From positions 1-64,000 of the forward strand of contig JBHGNT010000091.1 in assembly GCA_043228905.1 (NCBI GenBank): 64,000 nt of DNA, in the 5' to 3' direction. A program made the position numbers and the translations under genes. The notes beneath the pieces are model-generated. The model worked only from the letters and a program-made list of their open reading frames with translations. It was not told the origin of the DNA and made no database searches. Every line of letters begins with the position of its first letter. The first letter of the stretch is position 1. The DNA comes from Azolla caroliniana. Taxonomy: Eukaryota > Plantae > Polypodiophyta. This document shows, in pieces, positions 38,901-53,289 of this stretch.

Positions 38901-41199
38901 GAACACAGAAATCCGATATCACACGAGCAAGGTATGAACATTTTGATTTACTCAAGGGCTCCTCTCATCTCACTCCTCAAATTTGGTAATTTCTTCATGT
39001 CTGTCAACCTGAGTTTCAAAATCTTGATTTTTTAATTCCATATCATAACTAGCGTTGTTAGCTTCGATTCGCATGTTTGAACACAAAAATCCGATATGAC
39101 ACGAGCCAGGTATGAACATTTCGATTTACTCAAGGGCTCCTCTCAACTCACTCCTCAAATTTGGTAATTTCGTCATGTCTGTCGACCTGAGTTTCAAAAT
39201 CTTGATTTTTTTATTCCATATCATAGCTAGCGTTGTTAGCTTCGATTCGCATGTTTGAACACAAAACTCCGATATCACACGAGCCAGGTATGAACATTTT
39301 CATTTACTCAAGGGCTACTCTCAACTCACTCCTCAAATTTGGAAATTTCGTCATGTCTCTCGACCTGAGTTTCAAAATCTTGATTTTTTAATTCCATATC
39401 ATAGCTAGCGTTGTTAGCTTCGATTCGCATGTTTGAACACAAAACTCCGATATCACACGAGCCAGGTATGAACATTTTCATTTATTCAAGGGCTCTTCTC
39501 AACTCACTCCTCAAATTTGGAAATTTCGTCATGTCTCTCGACCTGAGTTTCAAAATCTTGATTTTTTAATTCCATATCATAGCTAGCGTTGTTAGCTTCG
39601 ATTCGCATGTTTGAACACAAAAATCCGATAGGACACAAGCCAGGTATGAACATTTTGATTTACTCAAGGGCTCCTCTCAACTCAATCCTCAAATTTGGTA
39701 ATTTCGTCATGTATCTCGACCTGAGTTTCAAAATCTTGATTTTTTGATTCCATTTCAGAGCTAGCGTTGTTAGCTTCGATTCGCATGTTTGAACACAAAA
39801 CTCCGATATCACACGAGCCAGGTATGAACATTTTCATTTACTCAAGGGTTCTTCTCAACTCATTCCTCAAATTTGGTAATTTCGTCATGTCTGTCGACCT
39901 GAGTTTCAAAATCTTGATTTTTTAATTCCATATCATAGCTAGCATTGTTAGCTTCGATTCGCATGTTTGAACACAGAAATCCTATATCACACGAGCAAGG
40001 TATGAACATTTTGATTTACTCAAGGGCTCCTCTCAACTCACTCCTCAAATTTGGTAATTTCGTCATGTCTGTCAACCTGAGTTTCAAAATCTTGATTTTT
40101 TAATTCCATATCATAACTAGCGTTGTTAGCTTCGATTCGCATGTTTGAACACAAAAATCCGATATGACACGAGCCAGGTATGAACATTTTGATTTACTCA
40201 AGGGCTCCTCTCAACTCACCCCTCAAATTTGGTAAGTTCGTCATGTCTCTCGACCTGAGTTTCAAAATCTTGATTTTTTAATTCCACATCATAGCTAGCA
40301 TTGTTAGCTTCGATTCGCATGTTTGAACACAGAAATCCGATATCACACGAGCAAGGTATGAACATTTTGATTTACTCAAGGGCTCCTCTCAACTCACTCC
40401 TCAAATTTGGTAATTTCGTCATGTCTGTCAACCTGAGTTTCAAAATCTTGATTTTTTAATTCCATATCATAGCTAGCGTTGTTAGCTTCGATTCGCATGT
40501 TTGAACACAAAAATCCGATATCACACGAGCCAGGTATGAACATTTTCATTTACTCAAGGGTTCTTCTCAACTCACTCCTCAAATTTGGTAATTTCGTCAT
40601 GTCTGTCGACCTGAGTTTCAAAATCTTGATTTTTTTATTCCATATCATAGCTAGCGTTGTTAGCTTCGATTCGCATGTTTGAACACAAAACTCCGATATC
40701 ACACGAGCCAGGTATGAACATTTTGATTTACTCAAGGGCTCCTCTCAACTCACTCCTCAAATTTGGTAATTTCGTCATGTATCTCGACCTGAGTTTCAAA
40801 ATCTTGATTTTTTAATTCCATTTCAGAGCTAGCGTTGTTAGCTTCGATTCGCATGTTTGAACACAAAAATCCGATATCACACAAGCCAGGTATGAACATT
40901 TTCACTTACTCAAGGGCTCCTCTCCACTACTTCCTCAAGTTTGCTAATTTCGTCATGTCTCTCGACCTGAGTTTCAAAATCTTGATTTTTTAATTCCATA
41001 TCATAGCTAGCGTTGTTAGCTTCGATTCGCATGTTTGAACACAAAAATCCGATATCACACGAGCCAGGTATGAACTATTTAATTTACCTCCTAGCTCTTC
41101 TCAACTCACTCCTCAAATTTGGAAATTTCGTCATGTCTCTCGACCTGAGTTTCAAAATCTTGATTTTTTAATTCCATATCATAGCTAGCGTTGTTAGCT

Positions 41200-44100
41200 T
41201 CGATTCGCATATTTGAACACAAAAATCCGATATGACACGAGCTAGGTATGAATATTTTCGTTTACCCACTAGCTCGTCTTAACTCACTCCTCAAATTTGG
41301 TAATTTCATCATGTCTCTCGACCTGAGTTTCAAAATCTTGATTTTTTAATTCCATATCATAGCTAGCGTTGTTAGCTTCGATTCGCATGTTTGAACACAA
41401 AAATCCGATATGACACGAGCCAGGTATGAACATTTTGATTTACTCAAGGGCTCCTCTCAACTCACTCCTCAAATTTGGAAATTTCGTCATGTCTCTCGAC
41501 CTGAGTTTCAAAATCTTGATTTTTTAATTCCATATCATAGCTAGCGTTGTTAGCTTCGATTCGCATGTTTGAACACAAAAATCTGATATCACACGAGCCA
41601 GGTATGAACTATTTAATTTACCTCCTAGCTCTTCTCAACTCACTCCTCAAATTTGGAAATTTCGTCATGTCTCTCGACCTGAGTTTCAAAATCTTGATTT
41701 TTTAATTCCATATCATAGCTAGCATTGTTAGCTTCGATTCGCATATTTGAACACAGAAATCCGATATCACACGAGTCAGGTATGAACATTTTGATTTACT
41801 CAAGGGCTCCTCTCAACTCACTACTCAAATTTGGTAATTTCGTCATGTCTGTCGACCTGAGTTTCAAAATCTTGATTTTTTAATTCCATATCATAGGTAG
41901 TATTGTTAGCTTCGATTCGCATGTTTGAACACAAAAATCCGATATGACACGAGCCAGGTATGAACATTTTCATTTACTCAAGGGCTCCTCTCAACTCACT
42001 CCTCAAATTTGGTAATTTCATCATATCTCTCGACCTGAGTTTCAAAATCTTGATTTTTTAATTCCATATCATAGCTAGCGTTGTTAGCTTCGATTCGCAT
42101 GTTTGAACACAAAACTCTGATATCACACGAGCCAGGTATGAACATTTTCATTTACTCAAGGGCTCTTCTCAACTCACTCCTCAAATTTGGAAATTTCGTC
42201 ATGTCTCTCGACCTGCGTTTCAAAATCTTGATTTTTTAATTCCATATCATAGCTAGCATTGTTAGCTTCGATTCGCATGTTTGAACACAAAAATCCGATA
42301 TGACACGAGCCAGGTATGAACATTTTGATTTACTCAAGGGCTCCTCTCAACTCACTCCTCAAATTTGGTAATTTCGTCATGTATCTCGACCTGAGTTTCA
42401 AAATCTTGATTTTTTAATTCCATTTCAGAGCTAGCGTTCTTAGCTTCGATTCGCATGTTTGAACACAAAACTCCGATATCACACGAGCCAGGTATGAACA
42501 TTTTCATTTACTCAAGGGTTCTTCTCAACTCACTCCTCAAATTTGGTAATTTCGTCATGTCTGTCGACCTGAGTTTCAAAATCTTGATTTTTTAATTCCA
42601 TATCATAGCTAGCGTTGTTAGCTTCGATTCGCATGTTTGAACACAAAAATCCGATATCACACGAGCCAGGTATGAACTATTTAATTTACCTCCTAGCTCC
42701 TCTCAACTCACTCCTCAAATTTGGTAAGTTCGTCATGTCTCTCGACCTGAGTTTCAAAATCTTGATTTTTTAATTCCATATCATAGCTAGCGTTGTTAGC
42801 TTCGATTCGCATATTTGAACACAAAAATCCGATATGACACGAGCTAGGTATGAATATTTTCGTTTACCCACTAGCTCGTCTTAACTCACTCCTCAAATTT
42901 GGTAATTTCATCATGTCTCTCGACCTGAGTTTCAAAATCTTGATTTTTTAATTCCATATCATAGCTAGCGTTGTTAGCTTCGATTCGCATGTTTGAACAC
43001 AAAAATCCGATATGACACGAGCCAGGTATGAACATTTTGATTTACTCAAGGGCTCCTCTCAACTCACTCCTCAAATTTGGAAATTTCGTCATGTCTCTCG
43101 ACCTGAGTTTCAAAATCTTGATTTTTTAATTCCATATCATAGCTAGCGTTGTTAGCTTCGATTCGCATGTTTGAACACAAAAATCTGATATCACACGAGC
43201 CAGGTATGAACTATTTAATTTACCTCCTAGCTCTTCTCAACTCACTCCTCAAATTTGGAAATTTCGTCATGTCTCTCGACCTGAGTTTCAAAATCTTGAT
43301 TTTTTAATTCCATATCATAGCTAGCATTGTTAGCTTCGATTCGCATATTTGAACACAGAAATCCGATATCACACGAGTCAGGTATGAACATTTTGATTTA
43401 CTCAAGGGCTCCTCTCAACTCACTACTCAAATTTGGTAATTTCGTCATGTCTGTCGACCTGAGTTTCAAAATCTTGATTTTTTAATTCCATATCATAGGT
43501 AGTATTGTTAGCTTCGATTCGCATGTTTGAACACAAAAATCCGATATGACACGAGCCAGGTATGAACATTTTCATTTACTCAAGGGCTCCTCTCAACTCA
43601 CTCCTCAAATTTGGTAATTTCATCATATCTCTCGACCTGAGTTTCAAAATCTTGATTTTTTAATTCCATATCATAGCTAGCGTTGTTAGCTTCGATTCGC
43701 ATGTTTGAACACAAAACTCTGATATCACACGAGCCAGGTATGAACATTTTCATTTACTCAAGGGCTCTTCTCAACTCACTCCTCAAATTTGGAAATTTCG
43801 TCATGTCTCTCGACCTGCGTTTCAAAATCTTGATTTTTTAATTCCATATCATAGCTAGCATTGTTAGCTTCGATTCGCATGTTTGAACACAAAAATCCGA
43901 TATGACACGAGCCAGGTATGAACATTTTGATTTACTCAAGGGCTCCTCTCAACTCACTCCTCAAATTTGGTAATTTCGTCATGTATCTCGACCTGAGTTT
44001 CAAAATCTTGATTTTTTAATTCCATTTCAGAGCTAGCGTTCTTAGCTTCGATTCGCATGTTTGAACACAAAACTCCGATATCACACGAGCCAGGTATGAA

Positions 44101-44300
44101 CATTTTCATTTACTCAAGGGTTCTTCTCAACTCACTCCTCAAATTTGGTAATTTCGTCATGTCTCTCGACCTGAGTTTCAAAATCTTGATTTTTTAATTC
44201 CATATCATAGCTAGCGTTGTTAGCTTCGATTCGCATGTTTGAACACAAAAATCCGATATCACACGAGCCAGGTATGAACTATTTAATTTACCTCCTAGCT
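41200..44300 (-). repeat. 9-monomer higher-order repeat (1602 bp) x2
   Basis: ATCTGATATC at 41581 and 43183; TCATATCTCT at 42021 and 43623; the ACCTGCGTTT and GCGTTCTTAG markers recur at +1602. Confidence 0.9.
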
Positions 44301-47300
44301 CTTCTCAATTCACTCCTCAAATTTGGAAATTTCGTCATGTCTCTCGACCTGAGTTTCAAAATCTTGATTTTTTAATTCCATATCATAACTAGCGTTGCTA
44401 GCTTCGATTCGCATGTTTCAACACAAAAATCCGATATGACACGAGCCAGGTATGAACATTTTGATTTACTCAAGGGCTCCTCTCAACTCACCCCTCAAAT
44501 TTGGTAAGTTCGTCATGTCTCTCGACCTGAGTTTAAAAATCTTGATTTTTTAATTCCATATCATAGGTAGTGTTAGCTTCGATTTGCATGTTTGAACACA
44601 AAAATCCGATATGACACGAGCCAGGTATGAACATTTTAATTTACTCAAGGGCTCCTCTCAACTCACTCCCTAAATTTGGTAATTTCGTCGTGTCTGTCGA
44701 CCTGAGTTTTAAAATCTTGATTTTTTAATTCCATATCATAGCTAGCGTTGTTAGCTTCGATTCGCATGTTTGAACACAGAAATCCGATATCACACGAGCC
44801 AGGTATGAACATTTTAATTTACCTCCTAGCTCTTCTTAACTCACTCCTCAAATTTGGTAATTTCGTCATGTCTCTCGACCTGAGTTTCAAAATCTTGATT
44901 TTTTAATTCCATATCATAGCTAGCATTGTTAGCTTCGATTCGCATGTTTGAACACAGAAATCGGATATCACACGAGCAAGGTATGAACATTTTGATTTAC
45001 TCAAGGGCTCCTCTCAACTCACTCCTCAAATTTGGTAATTTCGTCATGTCTGTCAACCTGAGTTTCAAAATCTTGATTTTTTAATTCCATATCATAACTA
45101 GCGTTGTTAGCTTCGATTCGCATGTTTGAACACAAAAATCCGATATGACACGAGCCAGGTATGAACATTTCGATTTACTCAAGGGCTCCTCTCAACTCAC
45201 TCCTCAAATTTGGTAATTTCGTCATGTCTGTCGACCTGAGTTTCAAAATCTTGATTTTTTAATTCCATATCATAGCTAGCGTTGTTAGCTTCGATTCGCA
45301 TGTTTGAACACAAAACTCCGATATCACACGAGCGAGGTATGAACATTTTCATTTACTCAAGGGCTACTCTCAACTCACTCCTCAAATTTGGAAATTTCGT
45401 TCATGTCTCTCGACCTGAGTTTCAAAATCTTGATTTTTTAATTCCATATCATAGCTAGCGTTGTTAGCTTCGATTCGCATGTTTGAACACAAAACTCCGA
45501 TATCACACGAGCCAGGTATGAACATTTTCATTTATTCAAGGGCTCTTCTCAACTCACTCCTCAAATTTGGAAATTTCGTCATGTCTCTCGACCTGAGTTT
45601 CAAAATCTTGATTTTTTAATTCCATATCATAGCTAGCGTTGTTAGCTTCGATTCGCATGTTTGAACACAAAAATCCGATATCACACGAGCCAGGTATGAA
45701 CATTTTCCTTTACTCAAGGGCTCCTCTCCACTACTTCCTCAAGTTTGGTAATTTCGTCATGTCTCTCGACCTGAGTTTCAAAATCTTGATTTTTTAATTC
45801 CATATCATAGCTAGCATTGTTAGTTTCGATTCGCATGTTTGAACACAGAAATCCGATATCACACGAGCAAGGTATGAACATTTTGATTTACTCAAGGGCT
45901 CCTCTCAACTCACTCCTCAAATTTGGTAATTTCGTCATGTCTCTCGACCTGAGTTTCAAAATCTTGATTTTTTAATTCCATATCATAGCTAGCGTTGTTA
46001 GCTTCGATTCGCATGTTTGAACACAAAAATCCGATATCACACGAGCCAGGTATGAACTATTTAATTTACCTCCTAGCTCTTCTCAACTCACTACTCAAAT
46101 TTGGAAATTTCGTCATGTCTCTCGACCTGAGTTTCCAAATCTTGATTATTTAATTCCATATCATAGCTAGCATTGTTAGCTTCGATTCGCATGTTTGAAC
46201 ACAGAAATCCGATATCACACGAGCCAGGTATGAACATTTTGATTTACTCAAGGGCTCCTCTCAACTCACTACTCAAATTTGGTAATTTCGTCATGTCTGT
46301 CGACCTGAGTTTCAAAATCTTGATTTTTTAATTCCATATCATAGGTAGTATTGTTAGCTTCGATTCGCATGTTTGAACACAAAAATCCGATATGACACGA
46401 GCCAGGTATGAACATTTTGATTTACTCAAGGGCTCCTCTCAACTCACTCCTCAAATTTGGAAATTTCGTCATGTCTCTCGACCTGAGTTTCAAAATCTTG
46501 ATTTTTTAATTCCATATCATAGCTAGCGTTGTTAGCTTCGATTCGCATGTTTGAACACAAAACTCCGATATCACACGAGCCAGGTATGAAAATTTTCATT
46601 TATTCAAGGGCTCTTCTCAACTCACTCCTCAAATTTGGAAATTTCGTCATGTCTCTCGACCTGAGATTCAAAATCTTGATTTTTTAATTCCATATCATAA
46701 CTCGCGTTGTTAGCTTCGATTCGCATGTTTGAACACAAAAATCCGATATCACACGAGCTAGGTATGAACTATTTAATTTACCTCCTAGCTCTTCTCAACT
46801 CACTCCTCAAATTTGGAAATTTTGTCATGTCTCTCGACCTGAGTTTCAAAATCTTGATTTTTTAATTCCATATAATAGCTAGCGCTGTTAGCTTCGATTC
46901 GCATGTTTGAACACAAAACTCCGATATGACACGAGCCAGGTATGAACATTTTAATTTACTCAAGGGCTCCTCTCAACTCACTACTCAAATTTGGTAATTT
47001 CGTCATGTCTGTGGACCTGAGTTTCAAAATCTTGATTATTTAATTCTATATCATAGCTAGCGTTGTTAGCTTCGATTCGCATGTTTGAACACAAAACTCC
47101 GATATCACACGAGCCAGGTATGAACATTTTCATTTACTCAAGGGCTCTTCTCAACTCACTCCTCAAATTTGGTAATTTCGTCATGTCTGTCGATCTGAGT
47201 TTCAAAATCTTGATTTTTTAATTCCATATCATAACTAGCGTTGTTAGCTTCGATTCGCAAGTTTGAACACAAAAATCCGATATCACACGAGCTAGGTATG

Positions 47301-50300
47301 AACATTTTCGTTTACCCACTAGCTGCTCTCAACTCACTCCTCAAATTTGGTAATTTCGTCATGTCTGTCGACCTGAGTTTCAAAATCTTGATTTTTTAAT
47401 TCCATATCATAACTAGCATTGTTAGCTTCGATTCGCATGTTTGAACACAAAAATCCGATATGACACGAGCCAGGTATGAACATTTTGATTTACTCAAGGG
47501 CTCCTCTCAACTCACTCCTCAAATTTGGAAATTTTGTCATGTCTCTCGACCTGAGTTTCAAAATCTTGATTTCTTAATTCCATATCATAGCTAGCGCTGT
47601 TAGCTTCGATTCGCATGTTTGAACACAAAAATCCGATATGACACGAGCCAGGTATGAACATTTTAATTTACTCAAGGGCTCCTCTCAACTCACTACTCAA
47701 ATTTGGTAATTTCGTCATGTCTGTCAACCTGAGTTTGAAAATCTTGATTTTTTAATTCCCCATCATAGCTAGCGTTGGTAGCTTCGATTCGCATGTTTGA
47801 ACACAAAAATCCGATATCACACGAGCCAGGTATGAACATTTTGATTTACTCAAGGGCTCCTCTCCACTACTTCCTCAAGTTTGCTAATTTCGTCATCTCT
47901 CTCGACCTGAGTTTCAAAATCTTGATTTTTTAATTCCATATCATAGGTAGGGTTGTTAGCTTCGATTTGCATGTTTGAACACAAAAATCCGATATGACAC
48001 GAGCCACGTATGAACATTTTAATTTACTCAAGGGCTCCTCTCAACTCACTCCTCAAATATGGTAATTTCGTCGTGTCTGTCGACCTGAGTTTTAAAATCT
48101 TGATTTTTTAATTCTATATCATAGCTAGCGTTGTTAGCTTCGATTCGCATGTTTGAACACAAAAATCCGATATGACACGAGCCAGGTATGAACATTTTAA
48201 TTTACCTCCTAGCTCTTCTGAACTCACTCCTCAAATTTTGTAATTTCGTCATGTCTCTCGACCTGAGTTTCAAAATCATGATTTTTTAATTCCCCATCAT
48301 AGGTAGCGTTGTTAGCTTCGATTCGCATGATTGAAAACAAAAATATGATATGACACGAGTCAGGTATGAATATTTTAATTTACTCAAGGGCTCCTCTCAA
48401 CTCACTCCTCAAATTTGGTAATTTCGTCATGTCTGTCAACCTGAGTTTCAAAATCTTGATTTTTTAATTCCATATCATAACTAGCGTTGTTAGCTTCGAT
48501 TCGCATGTTTGAACACAAAAATCCGATATGACACGAGCCAGGTATGAACATTTTGATTTACTCAAGGGCTCCTCTCAACTCACCCCTCAAATTTGGTAAG
48601 TTCGTCATGTCTCTCGACCTGAGTTTCAAAATCTTGATTTTTTAATTCCATATCATAGCTAGCGTTGTTAGCTTCGATTCGCATGTTTGAACACAAAAAT
48701 CCGATATCACACGAGCCAGGTATGAACATTTTCCTTTACTCAAGGGCTCTTCTCAACTCACTCCTCAAATTGTGTAATTTCGTCATGTCTCTCGACCTGA
48801 GTTTCAAAATCTTGATTTTTTAATTCCATATCATAGCTAGCATTGTTAGCTTCGATTCGCATGTTTGAACACAGAAATCCGATATCACACGAGCATGGTA
48901 TGAACATTTTGATTTACTCAAGGGCTCCTCTCAACTCACTCCTCAAATTTGGTAATTTCTTCATGTCTGTCAACCTGAGTTTCAAAATCTTGATTTTTTA
49001 ATTCCATATCATAACTAGCGTTGTTAGCTTCGATTCGCATGTTTGAACACAAAAATCCGATATGACACGAGCCAGGTATGAACATTTCGATTTACTCAAG
49101 GGCTCCTCTCAACTCACTCCTCAAATTTGGTAATTTCGTCATGTCTGTCGACCTGAGTTTCAAAATCTTGATTTTTTAATTCCATATCATAGCTAGCGTT
49201 GTTAGCTTCGATTCGCATGTTTGAACACAAAACTCCGATATCACACGAGCGAGGTATGAACATTTTCATTTACTCAAGGGCTACTCTCAACTCACTCCTC
49301 AAATTTGGAAATTTCGTTCATGTCTCTCGACCTGAGTTTCAAAATCTTGATTTTTTAATTCCATATCATAGCTAGCGTTGTTAGCTTCGATTCGCATGTT
49401 TGAACACAAAACTCCGATATCACACGAGCCAGGTATGAACATTTTCATTTATTCAAGGGCTCTTCTCAACTCACTCCTCAAATTTGGAAATTTCGTCATG
49501 TCTCTCGACCTGAGTTTCAAAATCTTGATTTTTTAATTCCATATCATAGCTAGCGTTGTTAGCTTCGATTCGCATGTTTGAACACAAAAATCCGATAGGA
49601 CACGAGCCAGGTATGAACATTTTGATTTACTCAAGGGCTCCTCTCAACTCAATCCTCAAATTTGGTAATTTCGTCATGTATCTCGACCTGAGTTTCAAAA
49701 TCTTGATTTTTTAATTCCATTTCAGAGCTAGCGTTGTTAGCTTCGATTCGCATGTTTGAACACAAAACTCCGATATCACACGAGCCAGGTATGAACATTT
49801 TCATTTACTCAAGGGTTCTTCTCAACTCACTCCTCAAATTTGGTAATTTCGTCATGTCTGTCGACCTGAGTTTCAAAATCTTGATTTTTTAATTCCATAT
49901 CATAGCTAGCGTTGTTAGCTTCGATTCGCATGTTTGAACACAAAAATCCGATATCACACGAGCCAGGTATGAACTATTTAATTTACCTCCTAGCTCTTCT
50001 CAACTCACTCCTCAAATTTGGAAATTTCGTCATGTCTCTCGACCTGAGTTTCCAAATCTTGATTATTTAATTCCATATCATAGCTAGCATTGTTAGCTTC
50101 GATTCGCATGTTTGAACACAGAAATCCGATATCACACGAGCCAGGTATGAACATTTTGATTTACTCAAGGGCTCCTCTCAACTCACTACTCAAATTTGGT
50201 AATTTCGTCATGTCTGTCGACCTGAGTTTCAAAATCTTGATTTTTTAATTCCATATCATAGATAGTATTGTTAGCTTCGATTCGCATGTTTGAACACAAA

Positions 50301-53289
50301 AATCCGATATGACACGAGCCAGGTATGAACATTTTGATTTACTCAAGGGCTCCTCTCAACTCACTCCTCAAATTTGGAAATTTCGTCATGTCTCTCGACC
50401 TGAGTTTCAAAATCTTGATTTTTTAATTCCATATCATAGCTAGCGTTGTTAGCTTCGATTCGCATGTTTGAACACAAAACTCCGATATCACACGAGCCAG
50501 GTATGAACATTTTCATTTACTCAAGGGCTCCTCTCAACTCACTCCTCAAATTTGGAAATTTTGTCATGTCTCTCGACCTGAGTTTCAAAATCTTGATTTT
50601 TTAATTCCATATAATAGCTAGCGCTGTTAGCTTCGATTCGCATGTTTGAACACAAAACTCCGATATGACACGAGCCAGGTATGAACATTTTAATTTACTC
50701 AAGGGCTCCTCTCAACTCACTACTCAAATTTGGTAATTTCGTCATGTCTGTCGACCTGAGTTTCAAAATCTTGATTTTTTAATTCCATATCATAGCTAGC
50801 GTTGTTAGCTTCGATTCGCATGTTTGAACACAAAACTCCGATATCACACGAGCCAGGTATGAACATTTTCATTTACTCAAGGGCTCTTCTCAACTCACTC
50901 CTCAAATTTGGTAATTTCTTCATGTCTCTCGACCTGAGTTTCAAAATCTTGATTTTTTAATTCCATATCATAACTAGCGTTGTTAGCTTCGATTCGCAAG
51001 TTTGAACACAAAAATCCGATATCACACGAGCTAGGTATGAACATTTTCGTTTACCCACTAGCTGCTCTCAACTCACTCCTCAAATTTGGTAATTTCGTCA
51101 TGTCTGTCGACCTGAGTTTCAAAATCTTGATTTTTTAATTCCATATCATAACTAGCATTGTTAGCTTCGATTCGCATGTTTGAACACAAAAATCCGATAT
51201 GACACGAGCCAGGTATGAACATTTTGATTTACTCAAGGGCTCCTCTCAACTCACTCCTCAAATTTGGAAATTTTGTCATGTCTCTCGACCTGAGTTTCAA
51301 AATCTTGATTTCTTAATTCCATATAATAGCTAGCGCTGTTAGCTTCGATTCGCATGTTTGAACACAAAAATCCGATATGACACGAGCCAGGTATGAACAT
51401 TTTAATTTACTCAAGGGCTCCTCTCAACTCACTACTCAAATTTGGTAATTTCGTCATGTCTGTCAACCTGAGTTTGAAAATCTTGATTTTTTAATTCCCC
51501 ATCATAGCTAGCGTTGGTAGCTTCGATTCGCATGTTTGAACACAAAAATCCGATATCACACGAGCCAGGTATGAACATTTTGATTTACTCAAGGGCTCCT
51601 CTCCACTACTTCCTCAAGTTTGCTAATTTCGTCATCTCTCTCGACCTGAGTTTCAAAATCTTGATTTTTTAATTCCATATCATAGGTAGGGTTGTTAGCT
51701 TCGATTTGCATGTTTGAACACAAAAATCCGATATGACACGAGCCAGGTATGAACATTTTAATTTACTCAAGGGCTCCTCTCAACTCACTCCTCAAATATG
51801 GTAATTTCGTCGTGTCTATCGACCTGAGTTTTAAAATCTTGATTTTTTAATTCCATATCATAGCTAGCGTTGTTAGCTTCGATTCGCATGTTTGAACACA
51901 GAAATCCGATATCACACGAGCCAGGTATGAACATTTTAATTTACCTCCTAGCTCTTCTTAACTCACTCCTCAAATTTGGAAATTTCGTCATGTCTCTCGA
52001 CCTGAGTTTCAAAATCTTGATTTTTTAATTCCATATAATAGCTAGCGTTGTTAGCTTCGATTCGCATGTTTGAACACAAAAGTCCGATATGACACGAGCC
52101 AGGTATGAACATTTTAATTTACTCAAGGGCTCCTCTCAACTCACTACTCAAATTTGGTAATTTCGTCATGTCCGTCGACCTGAGTTTCAAAATCTTGATT
52201 TTTTAATTCCATATCATAGGTAGCGTTGTTAGCTTCGATTCGCATGTTTGAACACAAAACTCCGATATCACACGAGCCAGGTATGAACATTTTCATTTAC
52301 TCAGGGGCTCTTCTCAAGTCACTCCTCAAATTTGGTAATTTCGTCATGTCTGTCGACCTGAGATTCAAAATCTTGATTTTTTAATTCCATATCATAACTA
52401 GCGTTGTTAGCTTCGATTCGCATGTTTGAACACAAAAATCCGATATCACACGAGCTAGGTATGAACATTTTCGTTTACCCACTAGCTCGTCTTAACTCAC
52501 TCCTCAAATTTGGTAATTTCATCATGTCTCTCGACCTGAGTTTCTAAATCTTGATTTCTTAATTCCATATCATAGCTAGGGTTGTTAGCTTCGATTCGCA
52601 TGTTTGAACACAAAAATCCGATATCACACGTGCCAGGTATGAACATTTTAATTTACTGAAGGGCTCCTCTCAACTCACTCCTCAAATTTGGTAATTTCTT
52701 CATGTCTCTCGACCTGAGTTTCAAAATCTTGATTTTATAAATCCATATCATAGCTAGCATTGTTAGCTTCGATTCGCATGTTTGAACACAAAAATCCGAT
52801 ATCACACGAGCCAGGTATGAACTATTTAATTTACCTCCTAGCTCTTCTCAACTCACTTCTCAAATTTGGAAATTTTGTCATGTCTCTCGACCTGAGTTTC
52901 AAAATCTTGATTTCTTAATTCCATATAATAGCTAGCGCTGTTAGCTTCGATTCGCATGTTTGAACACAAAAATCCGATATGACACGAGCCAGGTATGAAC
53001 ATTTTAATTTACTCAAGGGCTCCTCTCAACTCACTACTCAAATTTGGTAATTTCGTCATGTCTGTCGACCTGAGTTTCAAAATCTTGATTTTTTAATTCC
53101 ATATAATAGCTAGCGCTGTTAGCTTCGATTCGCATGTTTGAACACAAAAGTCCGATATGACACGAGCCAGGTATGAACATTTTAATTTACTCAAGGGCTC
53201 CTCTCAACTCACTACTCAAATTTGGTAATTTCGTCATGTCCGTCGACCTGAGTTTCAAAATCTTGATTTTTTAATTCCATATCATAGCT

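Noticed and set aside
40479-40735. Overlapping 67-aa (+) and 61-aa (-) ORFs
   Set aside because: These are chance read-throughs of the same monomer. The similarity to the 21743 ORF reflects the repeat, not protein conservation.
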